DNA of 64,000 bases, taken from a virus. Lineage: Duplodnaviria; Heunggongvirae; Uroviricota; Caudoviricetes. This document shows, piece after piece, positions 62,576 through 64,000 of the stretch. Every line of letters starts with the position of its first letter. Positions within the stretch are counted from its first letter, which is position 1. The position numbers were made by a program, and so were the translations under genes. Location: positions 34,885-98,884 of IMG/VR virus record IMGVR_UViG_2724679293_000007; one strand, given 5' to 3'. Below the pieces are notes generated by a model that made no database searches, was not told the DNA's origin, and saw only the letters and a list, made by a program, of their open reading frames with translations.

Positions 62576-63324
62576 GCGAAATTAATTACCAGGCACTGCG
62601 TGAGGCGGCGGAACGTGCAATTCCAGCAATGGAACGCCTGTTAATGTTGCCAGCTGATGATGATTTGTTAAGTGAACAGGAACTTAAAGATTACGGTGTG
62701 GATATTGATGCGCTCAACGCCTTCAAATTTCTGACCGGACCAGAAACCGTGCTGGCGCTGCTGGATGAACGGGAAAGAAACCAGCAATACATAAAACGCC
62801 GCGATCAGGAGAACGAGGATATTGCGCTAACGGTAGGGAAGCTGAGAGTTGAGCTTGAGGAAGTAAAACAACACGCTGAAGAATTATCCGAAACCAAGGC
62901 TGTTCGTAACCAATGGCGGCCAGATATTTGCCCAATAACCGGACGTGCATTTTTCATGTGGATTGAGCATCCAACATTGGGAAATGTGCCGACATATGGT
63001 GGCCCATTAGATAGTTACACCATTCCAACAAAGGACGGTGACGGTGAGTTTTCATGTGAGCGTTACGATCATGATTTTGGCGGTTGGGTAGAAAGCGAAT
63101 GTCTTGGGTTATATCTGATTGATGATAGAGAACAATGCAGGGTCTACGAACTGGAGGAACGCGTTAAGGAACTGGATGCTCGGGAAATATCGCTCCCGGA
63201 ACGTAGCAGCATGCTTCATCGAACAGATTTTCACGATGATTACCAAACGGTAATGGCATACAAAGTTTCTGAAGTCATCGCTGCAATCCGCGCCGCAGGC
63301 ATTCGCATCAAAGGAGGTGAGTAA
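62572..63324 (+). CDS. Ead/Ea22-like protein (paralog)
   Basis: N-terminus ...NYQALREAAERAIP...; coiled-coil middle. Confidence 0.55.
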   Translation: MSEINYQALREAAERAIPAMERLLMLPADDDLLSEQELKDYGVDIDALNAFKFLTGPETVLALLDERERNQQYIKRRDQENEDIALTVGKLRVELEEVKQHAEELSETKAVRNQWRPDICPITGRAFFMWIEHPTLGNVPTYGGPLDSYTIPTKDGDGEFSCERYDHDFGGWVESECLGLYLIDDREQCRVYELEERVKELDAREISLPERSSMLHRTDFHDDYQTVMAYKVSEVIAAIRAAGIRIKGGE

Positions 63325-63500
63325 TGCGTGTGGCATGTATCGGCTTGTTACCGTACCCGACTCGTTTTTGGGCTTCTGCGCTAATTGCAAAGCCACATGT
63401 CCTGATGGCTGACAACATCATCCCGGCACCAAAGCGCCGCCATACCGGTATTGCAGCGGCACGACGAGCAGCAAAGAGACGCAGGAGAGCAAAGCGATGA
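63324..63500 (+). CDS. small basic protein (58 aa)
   Basis: Own translation MRVACIGLLPYPTRFWASALIAKPHVLMADNIIPAPKRRHTGIAAARRAAKRRRRAKR; AAGGAGG RBS; start and stop overlap neighbours; below the track cutoff. Confidence 0.35.
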   Translation: MRVACIGLLPYPTRFWASALIAKPHVLMADNIIPAPKRRHTGIAAARRAAKRRRRAKR

Positions 63501-63691
63501 AAAACCGTAAAGCAAAGATTCTGTTAGTTCGTAGAAACGCTCCTGGCGTCTGGCAGTGGGTGAGACTCAGCAACCGACGGATGGGGTTGATGAAATATTA
63601 CGGGATGATGGATTGTGGTTTTTGCAAAAAGCCCAGCGCGGCGCAAAACCGCTGGAAAAACCACTGTTATCTGCGCACTAAAGGAGAGTGA
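63497..63691 (+). CDS. small hypothetical protein with C..C motif
   Basis: 64-aa ORF, ATG overlaps the previous stop. Confidence 0.4.
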   Translation: MKNRKAKILLVRRNAPGVWQWVRLSNRRMGLMKYYGMMDCGFCKKPSAAQNRWKNHCYLRTKGE

Positions 63692-63692
63692 G

Positions 63693-64000
63693 ATGGCGTT
63701 AACACACCGCGAACTCTGTCAGATTGCGTACAAGTTCCTTAAGCGCAACGGGTTCAAGGTTTGCTTTCATGACCGCTTTATAGCTGTAACCAGCACCGGA
63801 GAACAGCCAGATGCTATGGGATTCAGAAGTTCAGCATCATGCTTGATAGAGGCGAAGTGTTCTCGTGCTGACTTGTTGGCAGATAGAAAAAAGCGTTTCC
63901 GTAAAAATCCGTCTCTTGGAATGGGCGACTGGCGATTCTTTATTAGTGAGCCGGGAATTATTTCAATTGAGGATTTACCACCTGGCTGGGGATTACTTCA
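63693..64000 (+). CDS. hypothetical protein, possible PD-(D/E)xK-type nuclease; 3' end beyond right window edge (partial)
   Basis: Own translation from the ATG at ~63693: MALTHRELCQIAYKFLKRNGFKVCF...DAMGF...IEAKCSRAD... runs open to the window end. Confidence 0.45.
   Translation, partial: MALTHRELCQIAYKFLKRNGFKVCFHDRFIAVTSTGEQPDAMGFRSSASCLIEAKCSRADLLADRKKRFRKNPSLGMGDWRFFISEPGIISIEDLPPGWGLL

Overview
The window reads as a contiguous piece of a P1-like temperate phage-plasmid (recognised from memory of P1 RepA/ParA/ParB/Cin/Ban-type proteins, the 19-bp iterons and the 17-bp C1 operator consensus; no database search was run). In order it carries: the Dar antirestriction and lysis operon (minus strand, left end truncated); a Cin invertase with a cix-bounded ~5.4 kb invertible tail-fibre segment flanked by ~579-bp inverted repeats; the tail-fibre, baseplate and Sit module; an AT-rich three-gene envelope cassette at the sim position; immI (c4-type leader, icd, ant), kilA and repL; a hok/mok-type toxin locus and an AT-rich MazG-like gene; tail sheath and head genes; parS-parB-parA; repA with incA/incC iterons and oriR; hrdC and dmt; a C1-operator-fronted operon with a ~1.1 kb non-coding structured leader, an SPFH lipoprotein, tRNA-Ile(CAU) and ban; baseplate genes; and a rightward block of accessory genes (nuclease, phosphatases, transferase-like proteins, Ead/Ea22-like paralogs). 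The most interesting accessory features are (1) a hexapeptide acyltransferase gene carried inside the invertible host-range segment, (2) the MazG-like gene next to the hok locus, (3) three paralogous structured RNA-like elements in the ban-operon leader, and (4) the envelope cassette at the sim position. Non-ORF coordinates were indexed by hand and may be off by 1-2 nt; gene names are by P1 synteny unless a motif is cited.
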